60,019 nucleotides of DNA, filler included, from Theionarchaea archaeon (GCA_018992565.1; 4 parts of 4 records of this genome joined end to end with filler, not necessarily neighbours in it), one strand, 5' to 3'. Positions 9,980 through 20,312 are shown, counted from the first letter of the whole stretch. Translations and numbers: made by a program. The notes: generated by a model not told the origin, from the letters alone.

Positions 9980-10465
9980 TCATCGACTGGCAAGCCGTTT
10001 CCTCAGCATGGGTAGCAATCCACCTTGTCGAATCAATGTCTCTTCTGCTGCAGTCAATGTGAAAGTGTGATCTTCTCCTGTGGCTGTGTCATATACAGTT
10101 TTCCTGTCTACATCAATCGTCAGGGTATCATTCTTCTTGATCCCTGAAGTATCTATCTGTACAGACAGTAATGCATTGTTGAACGCATTTCTTTTGAAGA
10201 TAGGAGCAAAAGACATGGCCAGAACTGCTTTAACATCTGCAAAGAGAAGGGCAAACACAGCTTCCTCTCTGGATGATCCGCAGCCGAAGTTGTGGCCAGC
10301 CACAATGATCTTCTCTGGTACATCCTTGAACCCTGGTATAGTATGATAGAAGGCATAGTCAGCGAAGGTTCTAGGATCCCTTGATTTCTGCAGCGCAAAT
10401 GTGGGAATAATGAGGTCAGTGTCAACATCGTCTCCTACAATCAGAGCAATCCCATCAATTTTCAT
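9980..10465 (-). CDS. 3-isopropylmalate dehydratase / homoaconitase family small subunit (LeuD/HacB-like)
   Basis: GDDVDTDLIIP, AGHNFGCGSSRE, SFAPIFKRNAFN. Confidence 0.88.
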   Translation of the reverse strand: MKIDGIALIVGDDVDTDLIIPTFALQKSRDPRTFADYAFYHTIPGFKDVPEKIIVAGHNFGCGSSREEAVFALLFADVKAVLAMSFAPIFKRNAFNNALLSVQIDTSGIKKNDTLTIDVDRKTVYDTATGEDHTFTLTAAEETLIRQGGLLPMLRKRLASR

Positions 10466-11673
10466 GGTAAGACCTCCCTGGGATCAGTTATTGTCCCTGT
10501 TATTGCAGACGCAGCTACTGTGGCGGGAGAAGCAAGATATACTCGGGCGTCCTTTGAACCCATTCTTCCGACGAAATTCCTGTTTGCTGAAGAAATACAC
10601 ACATCGCTGGGTCCCAGGACCCCCATATGTTTTCCAAAGCAGGCTGCACAGTTTGGAGGAAGGATAACAGCACCAGCCTGGATAAAGGTGGAAAGAATAC
10701 CCTCTTCCTGGATTTGTTCATATATCTTCCGGGAACCAGGTACAATATACAGGTCTACAGTGTCTTTGACTTTCTTACCCTTGAGAATGGAAGCTGCGAC
10801 CTGCAGATCTGAGAACCTGCTGTTGGTGCAGGATCCCAGAAAAGCTTTTGTAATCTCTACGTCAATTTCAGTAACTGATTTTCCATTCAGTGGAGAATGT
10901 GGAACAGCCACATAGGGTTCCAGCTGAGAGATGTCAAAAGTGAATCTATCTGCAACATCAGCTTTCAGGTCTTCTTTCATTTTGTACGGCATGATCCCTG
11001 TCTTGGCACTGATTTCTGTAGTCATGTTACATACGGTAAGCATTCCATCTAAGGGCATTGAAGCAAACACTGAACCACTGAACTGAAGTACTTTATTCAA
11101 CACTTTTTTCTGATCAAGGTGGGACAGCACATACAGAATAAGGTCTTTAGCATAGACGCCTTTTTGAAGCGAGCCTGAACAGGTTAAAAGGACTGTTTCT
11201 GGCACTATGAAGTTGTAGAAGATCCCCGTGAACATCACAAACAGTGCATCTGTGATCCCAACGCCGAAAGCGAAACATCCCACAGCTCCATTAGTGCATG
11301 TGTGGGAATCTGTTCCCAGTAGAATGTCCCCCGGCTTGACGAGATTGTTCTCTGGAAGTAAAACATGTTCGATTCCCTGTCCTTCTTTGAACAGGTTCAA
11401 GTGTAGGGTTCTGGCAAACTGCTTTGTTCTGTACAGATTGTCAGCTATCATAGAATCACAAGGAGGAACGACATGATCCAGTACTACAAATACAGACGAA
11501 GGATCAAAGGGCTCAGGGTTCAAATCTTTGACTTCCCTGTAAAGCTCCACCAGCTGGACTGCTGCTACATCATTCACCAGCAGTCTATCCACGGGCAGTT
11601 CCTCAATCTCGTCCCCTGCTGCAACGGATGATCTCAGGTGCTTTGAAACGATGGTCTCAACAAGCGTAGGCAT
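10462..11673 (-). CDS. 3-isopropylmalate dehydratase / homoaconitase family large subunit (LeuC/HacA-like)
   Basis: DHVVP, GTDSHTCT, GSCTNSR, CAACFG, NRNFVGRMG and YLASPATVAAS motifs. Confidence 0.9.
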   Translation of the reverse strand: MPTLVETIVSKHLRSSVAAGDEIEELPVDRLLVNDVAAVQLVELYREVKDLNPEPFDPSSVFVVLDHVVPPCDSMIADNLYRTKQFARTLHLNLFKEGQGIEHVLLPENNLVKPGDILLGTDSHTCTNGAVGCFAFGVGITDALFVMFTGIFYNFIVPETVLLTCSGSLQKGVYAKDLILYVLSHLDQKKVLNKVLQFSGSVFASMPLDGMLTVCNMTTEISAKTGIMPYKMKEDLKADVADRFTFDISQLEPYVAVPHSPLNGKSVTEIDVEITKAFLGSCTNSRFSDLQVAASILKGKKVKDTVDLYIVPGSRKIYEQIQEEGILSTFIQAGAVILPPNCAACFGKHMGVLGPSDVCISSANRNFVGRMGSKDARVYLASPATVAASAITGTITDPREVLP

Positions 11674-11844
11674 ACTGTAAACTAGTGCATACAATATAAA
11701 AGGTATGGTCTACTACCCTGGGCAGCTCCATGTATTAGAACGGGGGGTGGAAGAATCACTTGAAAGGACCTAAACTGTACACCACCCAATACATATCTGA
11801 AAAGCACAGATCAAATGAAAGAATGCCAGAAATCTTTATAAACA

Positions 11845-12117
11845 ATGAGCCAAAAACAACATATGGCATTAGTAATTACACTGGCCATGCTTATCCTGGT
11901 GATCCTCGTTGTTGTAGCTATCTACTATCTGGCCAAGGCCATAGTATACCTGGCAGCGAATACTATTGTCGGCCTGATAATTCTGGCCGTGCTCAAGTGG
12001 CTGGGCTTGCTCTCAGGATTGAACATTGGACTCTGGGATGTCATCCTGACGGCCATTGGCGGAGTAGTCGGAGTCTTTATCATCATACTGCTGTACTTTT
12101 TGGGATACGATATTTAA
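11845..12117 (+). CDS. Small membrane protein, BofA-family-like
   Basis: Three hydrophobic segments; NTIVGLIIL and AIGGVVGV pattern; TTTATAAA just upstream and poly-T downstream. Confidence 0.65.
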   Translation: MSQKQHMALVITLAMLILVILVVVAIYYLAKAIVYLAANTIVGLIILAVLKWLGLLSGLNIGLWDVILTAIGGVVGVFIIILLYFLGYDI

Positions 12118-12312
12118 TTTTCTTTTTTTCTTGATATTATTTGTGAGTAGTCTTTTGAGGAAAAATAAAAAGAGATAGGAGGTAGATTGGTAGCATCACA
12201 GCTCCAACAGCTTTTATAGAGTTTTCATCCTTTATAAATATATCGATGTATGAAGTAAAGGGAACTTTTTCTTCATAGCATGCGGATTCTGAGATGGATT
12301 CCTCACATCCAC

Positions 12313-13038
12313 CTATGGTACTGGATCAATGCCCATAAGGTTCCACTCTGGTTTCATGTACTTCTCTCTGAGCAGGTAGTCTGCCAGGCCCCGTTCCTCC
12401 TGAGTGATCTTTCCTGGTGTAACCTTTGCATCAAGCAAGTTCCCAACATTCCGAGCTATCCGAATCAAAATGTCTTTCAGGTTTTTTCCGACATTGGTCA
12501 CTTCATGGGCAGTACTGCGTGTTCCACTCTGGACTGAATTCCCTGGTGTCAGAGCCCTCATCAAGTCCATATCACATGATACCAGCAACGTCAAGTGATG
12601 GAACAGAGAGCCCCACTTCTTGCAGCCAGCAGCACCTGATACCTTCTTCCCCTCTATGAACAGGTTATTCTTTTCGTCGATCTCAGCCCCTATGGCATCA
12701 CCAACACACTCGCTCAAAGCATGAAATATATCTAGCGGGTTCTTCTGCAGTGGAAGACAAAAAGCAAGACATGTAACGCCCTCATCCAGGACGACAGCTC
12801 CCCCACCTGTAAACCTCCTCAAGACGGGGATCTCTCTCTCGCTGCAGTACTCACTGTCTACCTCCTCACCCGCTTTCTGGAATCGCCCCACAACCACGCA
12901 TTTGGAAGTAACCCACACCCTGAAGGTTGGTATGCCACATCTGGCTATGGCCTCCTCAAACGCCAGAGAAACAGCTGGATCACCGTGCTGGTACAGCAGC
13001 CGGACCTCACTTCCTTGGTAAATTGAAGGCATTTCCAT
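12313..13038 (-). CDS. lplA: Lipoate-protein ligase A family protein
   Basis: VVVGRFQ, RRFTGGGAV and GKKVSGAA motifs; last gene of the dehydrogenase operon. Confidence 0.88.
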   Translation of the reverse strand: MEMPSIYQGSEVRLLYQHGDPAVSLAFEEAIARCGIPTFRVWVTSKCVVVGRFQKAGEEVDSEYCSEREIPVLRRFTGGGAVVLDEGVTCLAFCLPLQKNPLDIFHALSECVGDAIGAEIDEKNNLFIEGKKVSGAAGCKKWGSLFHHLTLLVSCDMDLMRALTPGNSVQSGTRSTAHEVTNVGKNLKDILIRIARNVGNLLDAKVTPGKITQEERGLADYLLREKYMKPEWNLMGIDPVP

Positions 13039-14323
13039 GAATATCTAACCCCGCATCCCTTATCATTTCAACCATAGTAGGATGAGCACACAGTAAAGAC
13101 GACAGCTCATCAATGGTAGCTTCCAATCTCATAGCAAACCCAATCAACTGAATCAACTCAGAGGCGCCCTTCCCCACTATATGAGCTCCCAGGATTTCAC
13201 CATATTTCCTATCTGCAAGCACGGTGACTCTCCCTCTGAGAGCTCCCACTGTCTGAGCTCTCCCTGACGCTCCATAAGGAAAATTCCCCTTGACCACGTC
13301 ATATCTCTCTGAGGCTTCTCTCTCTGTCAGTCCGATCACTGCAGCCTCTGGAGCATAGAGTACCTTAGGGACAGTTTTATAATCATACGCAACCGCATTC
13401 CCGGCTGCATGTTCAGCTGCCACTACTCCCTGAGCCATAGCATCACCTGCAGTGTAGCTCCCTGTGATGTCTCCCACTGCATATACTGTGGGGATAGCAG
13501 TCTGCATGTATTCATTTACCGCAACACGTCCATTTTTCACAAGCCTCTGAGGAATCCCCTCCAGTACGGGTTTCCTGTTCATCCAAATAAGCTCTTCAGC
13601 AATAATCTCCTCTTCTCCAATTTCCACCAGTTTCTGTTCTCCCTGTTTCTTAATGGAGGCAATTCTGCCCTGCACAAACTTCACTCCCCTATTCTTGAGA
13701 TAGGATGCTATACGAGTCTCAATATCCTCAAAATCCTTTTCCAACAGATTCCCAGCCACCATGGTAACCTGAGACCCCAATTCCAGGAAGAACCAAGCCA
13801 TTTCCACAGCAAATACCCCGCCATGTACCACCAGAACACTTCGGGGAAGATATTGAAGCTGAAAAACCTCCTTATATGTCACAGAGAGCTCCTGGAATAA
13901 GTGAGGCACCTCTGGCTGACAGCCGGTAGCCAGGATAATCTTTTCACAATCAATATTTCCTCCGGGACGTGCAACCGTATGTTCATCAACCATTCTCCCC
14001 TCTCCATGCACAATATTTACTCCGTATGACCTGAGTACATTTTTCAATCCCATGACTAACGCCTGCTTGGCCTCATCTTTTCGTTCCCCCAGCCGTTTCA
14101 TATCAAAAGGGGATGGTTTGGCAAAAACACCGTAGGATTCTGCAAACTTGAGCTGGCTGTACATTTTAGAACCTTTCAAGAAGACCTTGGAGGGAACGCA
14201 GCCCCAGTTGAGGCAGGTCCCCCCCACTTCCTCTCGTTCTATGAGCGTTACTTCCGCACCAAGTTGGGCAGCCCGGATGGCAGCCGTATACCCTCCAGGA
14301 CCCCCACCAAGTATAGTAATCAT
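13007..14323 (-). CDS. lpdA: Dihydrolipoamide dehydrogenase (E3)
   Basis: GGGPGGY, redox disulfide GGTCLNWGCVPSK, AVGD and C-terminal HPTxxE. Confidence 0.9.
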   Translation of the reverse strand: MITILGGGPGGYTAAIRAAQLGAEVTLIEREEVGGTCLNWGCVPSKVFLKGSKMYSQLKFAESYGVFAKPSPFDMKRLGERKDEAKQALVMGLKNVLRSYGVNIVHGEGRMVDEHTVARPGGNIDCEKIILATGCQPEVPHLFQELSVTYKEVFQLQYLPRSVLVVHGGVFAVEMAWFFLELGSQVTMVAGNLLEKDFEDIETRIASYLKNRGVKFVQGRIASIKKQGEQKLVEIGEEEIIAEELIWMNRKPVLEGIPQRLVKNGRVAVNEYMQTAIPTVYAVGDITGSYTAGDAMAQGVVAAEHAAGNAVAYDYKTVPKVLYAPEAAVIGLTEREASERYDVVKGNFPYGASGRAQTVGALRGRVTVLADRKYGEILGAHIVGKGASELIQLIGFAMRLEATIDELSSLLCAHPTMVEMIRDAGLDIHGNAFNLPRK

Positions 14324-15900
14324 GGGCCTTCCTCCATCAGTAGTTTGTAGGGATGTTCCAGGAGATTCCTGACTTCCTTGAGGAAGAGAGCTGCAGGAAC
14401 CCCATTGACAATCCGATGATCGAAGCTCAGGGACAGCGTCGCTACCTCCCGTATTTCAATTCTATTCTTCATCACCACAGGTCTCGGCGAAATTCTCCCC
14501 ACGCCCAGGATTGCAGCTTCTGGAGGATTAATGATGGGTGTAAAAAAGTCTATGTTATACATACCCAGATTGGATATGGTGAAGGTACCGTCCAGGACAT
14601 CCTGTTCCGTCAGCTGATCCTTGCGGGTTCGCTCTATTATGTCTGCCGTCACCTGGGAAATCTTCTTTAGAGATAGAGTATCCGCCCTGTGGATCACAGG
14701 GACCAGCAGATCCTCTCCTCTGGCAACTGCAACTCCAATATTGATGGTGTCTCTCAGCACAATCTTGTTCTCCATCAAGGTGGAGTTCAACTGGGGATGA
14801 GTTCGCAGCGCCAGGGCCACAGCCTTAACCAGAATATCCGTGTACGTGACAGCAAGAGAACTCTTTAAGTTGCCCGCCTCTGTCATGTCTACATCCATTC
14901 CGAGAGTCAGATGCGGAGCCTCTCTCTTGCTCCTGCTCATTCTCTCTGCAGTGAGTTTTCGTATCCCTGCGAGAGGAATAGTCTTTCCTTTCACTTCATG
15001 TCTGATGGGTTCCTCACCATGTGCCATGGGTTCCTCAGCTACATCTGCTGGCTCTGCCGTCCTGGAAACAGGCTGTGGTGATGGCAGCGGCTGTACGACA
15101 GGCTCTGGCTTCATCTCCGGTCTTTCAATTGCCTGTTCTAATTCAATCTCAGAGGGCTTCTTTATTCTTGGCTTCTCTTGTTCCCATTCTCTCTCTATTC
15201 CTGGTTTCTCTTCCCATTCTTTCCGTTCCTCTGGCAGCGCAGGTCGTTCCCTTCCCTCTATATGTTTTTCTTCAAAATGTCTCAAAACATCTTCTTTTGT
15301 TATTTTCCCGTCCAATCCTGTCCCCCTAACCCTGGACAGATCGACACCCTTCTCCCGGGCAATGCGTTCTGCAAGGGGCGAAACTGAAAATGAACCTGAC
15401 TCAAAAGCTTCTTGAGATTTTTGTTTTCCAACATAGGCAAGTACATCTCCTTCAGTGACCGCACCATCAGGTCCAGTTCCTCTCACGTTTTTCAGCAGAA
15501 CGCCATGGTCATCAGCCGCTTTTCGGGCCCTTGGAGATGCAGGTATCCTCTCTTCTTGTGCAGAAATCTTCACCACCTCTCTTTCTGGCTCTACTGGTAT
15601 GGGCTCTTGCTCCTTCCACGGGACTTCCTCTTCACCTCGATGAATCTCAGCTCTTCCTGTGGCTTCTTGAGCTTCTCCTTCAATGAATGCGATAATCTCT
15701 CCCACCGGTACAACGTCATCCACCTCTCTGAGGATCTTCAAATATCCAGATGCGGGTGCTTCTACTTCAATATTCACCTTGTTGGTCATGATCTCCAGAA
15801 TTATCTCACCCTTCTCAACGAATTCACCCTCTCGTTTCTTCCAGTCTGCAATGGTGCCTTCCTCCATTGTCATTCCCATTTTGGGCATTACCATCTTCAT
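14320..15900 (-). CDS. Dihydrolipoamide acyltransferase (E2): one lipoyl domain and two E1/E3-binding domains
   Basis: MPKMGMTMEEG and EIMTNKVN lipoyl domain; two SPxA..A...GV....GTG..G.(V/I)T..DV domains; FDHRIVNG catalytic motif. Confidence 0.92.
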   Translation of the reverse strand: MKMVMPKMGMTMEEGTIADWKKREGEFVEKGEIILEIMTNKVNIEVEAPASGYLKILREVDDVVPVGEIIAFIEGEAQEATGRAEIHRGEEEVPWKEQEPIPVEPEREVVKISAQEERIPASPRARKAADDHGVLLKNVRGTGPDGAVTEGDVLAYVGKQKSQEAFESGSFSVSPLAERIAREKGVDLSRVRGTGLDGKITKEDVLRHFEEKHIEGRERPALPEERKEWEEKPGIEREWEQEKPRIKKPSEIELEQAIERPEMKPEPVVQPLPSPQPVSRTAEPADVAEEPMAHGEEPIRHEVKGKTIPLAGIRKLTAERMSRSKREAPHLTLGMDVDMTEAGNLKSSLAVTYTDILVKAVALALRTHPQLNSTLMENKIVLRDTINIGVAVARGEDLLVPVIHRADTLSLKKISQVTADIIERTRKDQLTEQDVLDGTFTISNLGMYNIDFFTPIINPPEAAILGVGRISPRPVVMKNRIEIREVATLSLSFDHRIVNGVPAALFLKEVRNLLEHPYKLLMEEGP

Positions 15901-16871
15901 AGTACAATCTCCTTTACTGCCTTCTTGATTCGTTCTTCATCTGGCGCCACCCACTTTTCCATTACTGGAGCAAATGGAATGGGCGCATCTTTTCCCGCCA
16001 GTATCTTAATGGCATCCAGATAATAAAAAACTCTCCTTACCAGTGTTTTGGTGATCTCGCCTGATATCCCGCCAGTATCGCACGCCTCGTGAACGATGAG
16101 AACCTTACCTGTCTTCCTGGCTGAGGCGCAAAGCTCCTCCTCATCCAGTGGCCTCACAGTGCGTGGATCAACAACTTCACAGGATATTCCTTCCTCTTCC
16201 AGAGCTGCAGCAGCCTTGAGTGCTCTGTCCACCATTAGAGAGGTGGCAATGATGGTAATGTCTTCACCTTCACGTGCTACATGGGCTTTCCCCAGGGGGA
16301 CCACATAGTCCTCCTCAGGGACAGTCCCTTTCAGTCCGTATACGAACTTATGTTCACAGAACACCACCGGATTATCATCTCTGATGCTCGCCTTGAGCAG
16401 CCCTTTGGCATCGTATGCATTGGAGGGCTGCACCACTTTCAGCCCCGGCACATGAACGAACCATGCTTCCAGGCTCTGTGAGTGATGAGATGCATAGGAT
16501 CCACCCGCCCCAAAGGGAGTCCGCAACACCATGGGTACACTAACCTGCCCCCCTGACATGTAGCGCAGCTTTGCGGCCTGGTTACAGATCTGATCCATTG
16601 CCAGAGCCACCAGGTCTCCGAACATAATTTCAGCTACAGGTCGCAGCCCAGTCATGGCAGCACCCACAGCACATCCTGCAATTGCATTCTCTGATATGGG
16701 TGTATCCCTGACGCGCTCCGGACCGAATTCCTCTTCAAGACCCTTTGTCACCTTAAAGGCTCCCTGCCAGTACTTCCCAATGTCTTCTCCCAGCAATACA
16801 ACGTTCTCGTCCCGCCGCATTTCTTCTCTCAGCGCCTCGTTCAGTGCTTCAACCACAGTGATCTCTCTCAT
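15897..16871 (-). CDS. 2-oxoacid/acetoin dehydrogenase E1 beta subunit
   Basis: LGEDIG, RVRDTPISE, GLRPVAEIMF and HHSQSLEAW motifs. Confidence 0.93.
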   Translation of the reverse strand: MREITVVEALNEALREEMRRDENVVLLGEDIGKYWQGAFKVTKGLEEEFGPERVRDTPISENAIAGCAVGAAMTGLRPVAEIMFGDLVALAMDQICNQAAKLRYMSGGQVSVPMVLRTPFGAGGSYASHHSQSLEAWFVHVPGLKVVQPSNAYDAKGLLKASIRDDNPVVFCEHKFVYGLKGTVPEEDYVVPLGKAHVAREGEDITIIATSLMVDRALKAAAALEEEGISCEVVDPRTVRPLDEEELCASARKTGKVLIVHEACDTGGISGEITKTLVRRVFYYLDAIKILAGKDAPIPFAPVMEKWVAPDEERIKKAVKEIVL

Positions 16872-17815
16872 TCTACCACCCACACATCCTTGAGTGCGTC
16901 TTCAGGCTCCGGCAGTGGACTTTCCTCAGCAAATTCAACAGCTTCCTCAATTTCCGTTTCTACTGTAGATTCAATTTTATGCAGGAATTCTTCTGGAATC
17001 CCTTTGTCCAGGAGCTTATATCTGAACGACTCTATTGGATCTCTGGCCATCCATTCAGCAACTTCCTCCTGGGGCCGGTACTTTGCTGGATCAAATCGAG
17101 AATGGCCCTTATGCCTGTAGGTCTTACATTCAATCAGAGTTGGGCCGTCTCCATTTCGAGCTCTGGTCACAGCTCTCTGCGCTTCTTGGTACACTGCCAT
17201 GACATCATTTCCGTCCACTGTCGCTCCTGGTATTCCGTATCCTGCTGCTCTCTCTGATATGTCTTCAATGTTCATAACCAAGGACTGCCTGGTCCCCATG
17301 GCGTACAGGTTATTCTCACAGACAAAAATCACAGGGAGATCCCAGACTGAAGCCATGTTTATCCCTTCGTGGAACGTCCCCTGATTTGACGCTCCATCAC
17401 CAAAAAAGCACACAGTCACACGTTCAGGATATTTCAGCTTGCATGATAATCCAGCTCCCACAGCAATGGGAATAGCACCTCCAACGACTGCATTTGCTCC
17501 CAGCATGCCGATATTCTTGTCTGTAATATGCATGCTGCCTCCCTTTCCTTTGCAGTAGCCTGTTTTCTTCCCGAAGATTTCAGCCATCATCTTCTTGAGA
17601 GAGGCACCTTTGGCAATGCAATGGCCATGTCCCCGGTGAGTGGAGGTAATAAAATCATTGGGGGTGAGAGCTGCACATACTCCAACAGCCACAGCTTCTT
17701 CTCCCATGTATAAATGCATGGTTCCAGGTATGAGGTTCTGGGTGAAAAGGTCATATACTTTCTCCTCAAACTTTCTGATTTCCAGCATTTTCTTATACAT
17801 TTCAATATCTTCCAT
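16868..17815 (-). CDS. TPP-dependent 2-oxoacid/acetoin dehydrogenase E1 alpha subunit
   Basis: HLYMGEEA, STHRGHGH, GKGGSMH and TPP motif GDGASNQG...ENN. Confidence 0.93.
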   Translation of the reverse strand: MEDIEMYKKMLEIRKFEEKVYDLFTQNLIPGTMHLYMGEEAVAVGVCAALTPNDFITSTHRGHGHCIAKGASLKKMMAEIFGKKTGYCKGKGGSMHITDKNIGMLGANAVVGGAIPIAVGAGLSCKLKYPERVTVCFFGDGASNQGTFHEGINMASVWDLPVIFVCENNLYAMGTRQSLVMNIEDISERAAGYGIPGATVDGNDVMAVYQEAQRAVTRARNGDGPTLIECKTYRHKGHSRFDPAKYRPQEEVAEWMARDPIESFRYKLLDKGIPEEFLHKIESTVETEIEEAVEFAEESPLPEPEDALKDVWVVE

Positions 17816-18004
17816 TCACTCACCTGTCTGTATAATCATCATGCACCTACCATGGTAAAACTTCCTTAAATGTCTTACTGTGGCAACCTATCCTGCGAAT
17901 ATGAAGACTGGAAAGAAGTAATAATGGGCCATTATCCCATGGGCATGTAAGAGAAAATTCAATAGAAAGTAAAAAAAAGGTCCAAGAAACGAGGATAATT
18001 CGAA

Positions 18005-18205
18005 CTAACTTGCAGCAATCTCCTTCAAGGTATGCTGTCCCTGTTCGACAGGTATTCCAAACAACTCTCCCAATACAGCCTCTTTTTCTGCCAAAGGACG
18101 TTCTGTGTGCAGAATCCCTTCCACAAGCAAGCGAGGAAAGGGCAGGTTTCTCCTATTGGCTTGGATCTGAGGCTCCATCTTGAGGAGCAGTTCTTTTTCC
18201 GCCAT
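18005..18205 (-). CDS. Small hypothetical protein (66 aa)
   Basis: ATG preceded by a GGTGGTG RBS and a TTTTATAT TATA box near 18235-18243. Confidence 0.55.
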   Translation of the reverse strand: MAEKELLLKMEPQIQANRRNLPFPRLLVEGILHTERPLAEKEAVLGELFGIPVEQGQHTLKEIAAS

Positions 18206-18433
18206 ATTTACACCACCTATTCAGGAGATTCACTATATAAAAGCATGTACCGAGAGCACAGGAAAAATATTCCTTCATGTAATCCCAGCAAGGAAGAGGA
18301 CTCGATTTCTATTTATCCACCGAGTTTCGAATACTGTGTTAAATTTGCGGTGGATAATTCTTCATATCGAGAAGAAAAAGAGCATCTGATTAGGATTCCT
18401 GTCTTCACACAACATGGAAGTCCTCTCTTCCAA

Positions 18434-19141
18434 TCAGATGATTCTTTCTGGATGTGCAAATGCAACTGCATGATCCTCCTGAGTGTATCCCAACAATGTT
18501 ACGCCCAGGTTGTGAGCTGCTGTGACTGCAGGTTCAATGACTGTTGACCGGGACGCAACAATGGGAATCCCCACATTGGCGGCTTTGATGACCATGTCTT
18601 CAGTGATTCGACAACTCAAGACAGCAAAGGCTAAAGAGAGATCACGAGAATCCAGGACTGCCTGACCGATGGATTTATCAAGTGCGCTGCGTCTTGAAAC
18701 ATCCTCAACCAATTGGATGAGGGTTCCGTCTTTCTGGAACAATGCAACAGAATGAGTTGCTCTTGTTTTCCTCCACGTGAGGGAATCTTTCTGGAGTCGT
18801 GAAGCTGCATGAACGAGAAGTGATGCTGGAATTCTTGGTGAACCAGCAGTCAATGAATGCATCTTCTGAGGAGGGCTCTGTACGAGTTCCACGGGGCTTT
18901 GATTTGCACCCACAGTAATTGTATTTCCCTGTACACGTACTGCCTCACAATCGAAGGTGATCCCTCTTCCGGCCAGATATCCAACAGCAAGCTGTTTTTC
19001 CATGCCAGGAGATGCATGAAGCAATGTGACTTCATGACCATCAAGTATGAGGTGATATTCTTGCTCTGTAACTACCCATTCTTCGGCTTCTGTTTTCGTT
19101 TTCCGGATCGTGTCAAATCGGATAACATGGACTTTTCTCAT
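18434..19141 (-). CDS. fdhD: FdhD/NarQ-family formate dehydrogenase accessory protein, divergent
   Basis: LAVGYL, EDVSRRSALDKSIG and GIPIVASRS motifs; divergently transcribed from mobAB. Confidence 0.8.
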   Translation of the reverse strand: MRKVHVIRFDTIRKTKTEAEEWVVTEQEYHLILDGHEVTLLHASPGMEKQLAVGYLAGRGITFDCEAVRVQGNTITVGANQSPVELVQSPPQKMHSLTAGSPRIPASLLVHAASRLQKDSLTWRKTRATHSVALFQKDGTLIQLVEDVSRRSALDKSIGQAVLDSRDLSLAFAVLSCRITEDMVIKAANVGIPIVASRSTVIEPAVTAAHNLGVTLLGYTQEDHAVAFAHPERII

Positions 19142-19284
19142 CTCTATGAAGAGCTCTCGTTTCTATTTATAGCTTCTCACGGGGGAACCTCACATGGGCT
19201 CCACGGAAATCAAGTGAACAGACGTAACCATACAGTCTGCCCTTGAGAGAGGGCAACCCTTTTTAGTACTATATCCATTTCAAA

Positions 19285-19881
19285 ATGATGAGAGCTGCGC
19301 TTATTCTGGCAGGCGGAAAATCGCTTCGCTGCAAGAAAGAACAGAAAGCACTCCTACCTTTGAAAGGAAAGCCGCTCCTTGAGTGGGTGCTTGAAGCAGT
19401 TCGTCCCTGTGTAGATGAGATCATACTCTCTGGAGACTGCACCCTCCAATCCTTTGGACACACTGTGGTGAAAGACAGAATCTCTGGCATTGGTCCTCTG
19501 GCTGGGCTCCAGGCGGGATTTTCAGTAATAAAGTCAGAATACACCTTTGTAGCTGGATGCGACATGCCATTCATAGATCCCAAGGTTATTGCATTTCTGT
19601 TTGAAAATGCACTGGGTTATAGCTGCTGTCTTCCTCGAGAGGGAGAATTCATAGAACCCCTGTGCTGCGTATACCGAACCCGTGACGCCAGGGAATGCTC
19701 AACGGTAGTCATGAATCAACACATGGCCCGGCTGCTAGACCTTGTCCAGCACCTTCCTCTGCCCCGATTTGTTCCCTTTGAGGAGGTTCGGACCCTTGAT
19801 CCTGATCTCTTAAGCTTCAGAAACATTAATACATTATCAGACTTAAAGGCTGCAGAATCAATCATGGAGGAATTACTATGA
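19285..19881 (+). CDS. mobA: Molybdenum cofactor guanylyltransferase
   Basis: ILAGGKS, KALL, GPLAGL, GCDMPF, EPL and FRNINT motifs. Confidence 0.92.
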   Translation: MMRAALILAGGKSLRCKKEQKALLPLKGKPLLEWVLEAVRPCVDEIILSGDCTLQSFGHTVVKDRISGIGPLAGLQAGFSVIKSEYTFVAGCDMPFIDPKVIAFLFENALGYSCCLPREGEFIEPLCCVYRTRDARECSTVVMNQHMARLLDLVQHLPLPRFVPFEEVRTLDPDLLSFRNINTLSDLKAAESIMEELL

Positions 19882-20312
19882 GTATTGTGGTGTCCGTAGT
19901 GGGCAACTCAAAAAGTGGAAAAACAACACTGCTGTCCCGAATCATTCCGTTACTGAAAAAGAGAGGGTATACTGTGTGCGTGATCAAGCATTCTGGCCAC
20001 CTCCTCTCCCACACAGATTTTGACCATGAGGGTAAGGACACGTTTACCTTCTCTCAAGCGGGAGCCGATGAAGTGTGGTTGACCTCTTCTGGACTGACCT
20101 ATCATCTCATCTCTGAAGAGCGTTCCCTAGAAAGAATGGTGGCTTCCTCTCAAGCTGACGTTATCCTCGTTGAAGGGTTTAAGTCAGCACCCACAAAAAA
20201 AATAGTGCTCATAACTCCCGGTGAGCCCATTGACATTGCTGGAACAATTCTTGAAATTGTACAGGGAGAATACAATCCAGAGGACATTGTAGAGAAGATT
20301 ATTCATTCATAG
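19878..20312 (+). CDS. mobB: Molybdopterin-guanine dinucleotide biosynthesis protein B
   Basis: GNSKSGKTT, VIKH, GKDT and ILVEGFK motifs; ATGA overlap with mobA. Confidence 0.9.
   Translation: MSIVVSVVGNSKSGKTTLLSRIIPLLKKRGYTVCVIKHSGHLLSHTDFDHEGKDTFTFSQAGADEVWLTSSGLTYHLISEERSLERMVASSQADVILVEGFKSAPTKKIVLITPGEPIDIAGTILEIVQGEYNPEDIVEKIIHS

Noticed and set aside
14840..15415. Long antisense ORFs overlapping E2 and other housekeeping genes
   Set aside because: They are reverse-frame shadows of well-supported CDSs.
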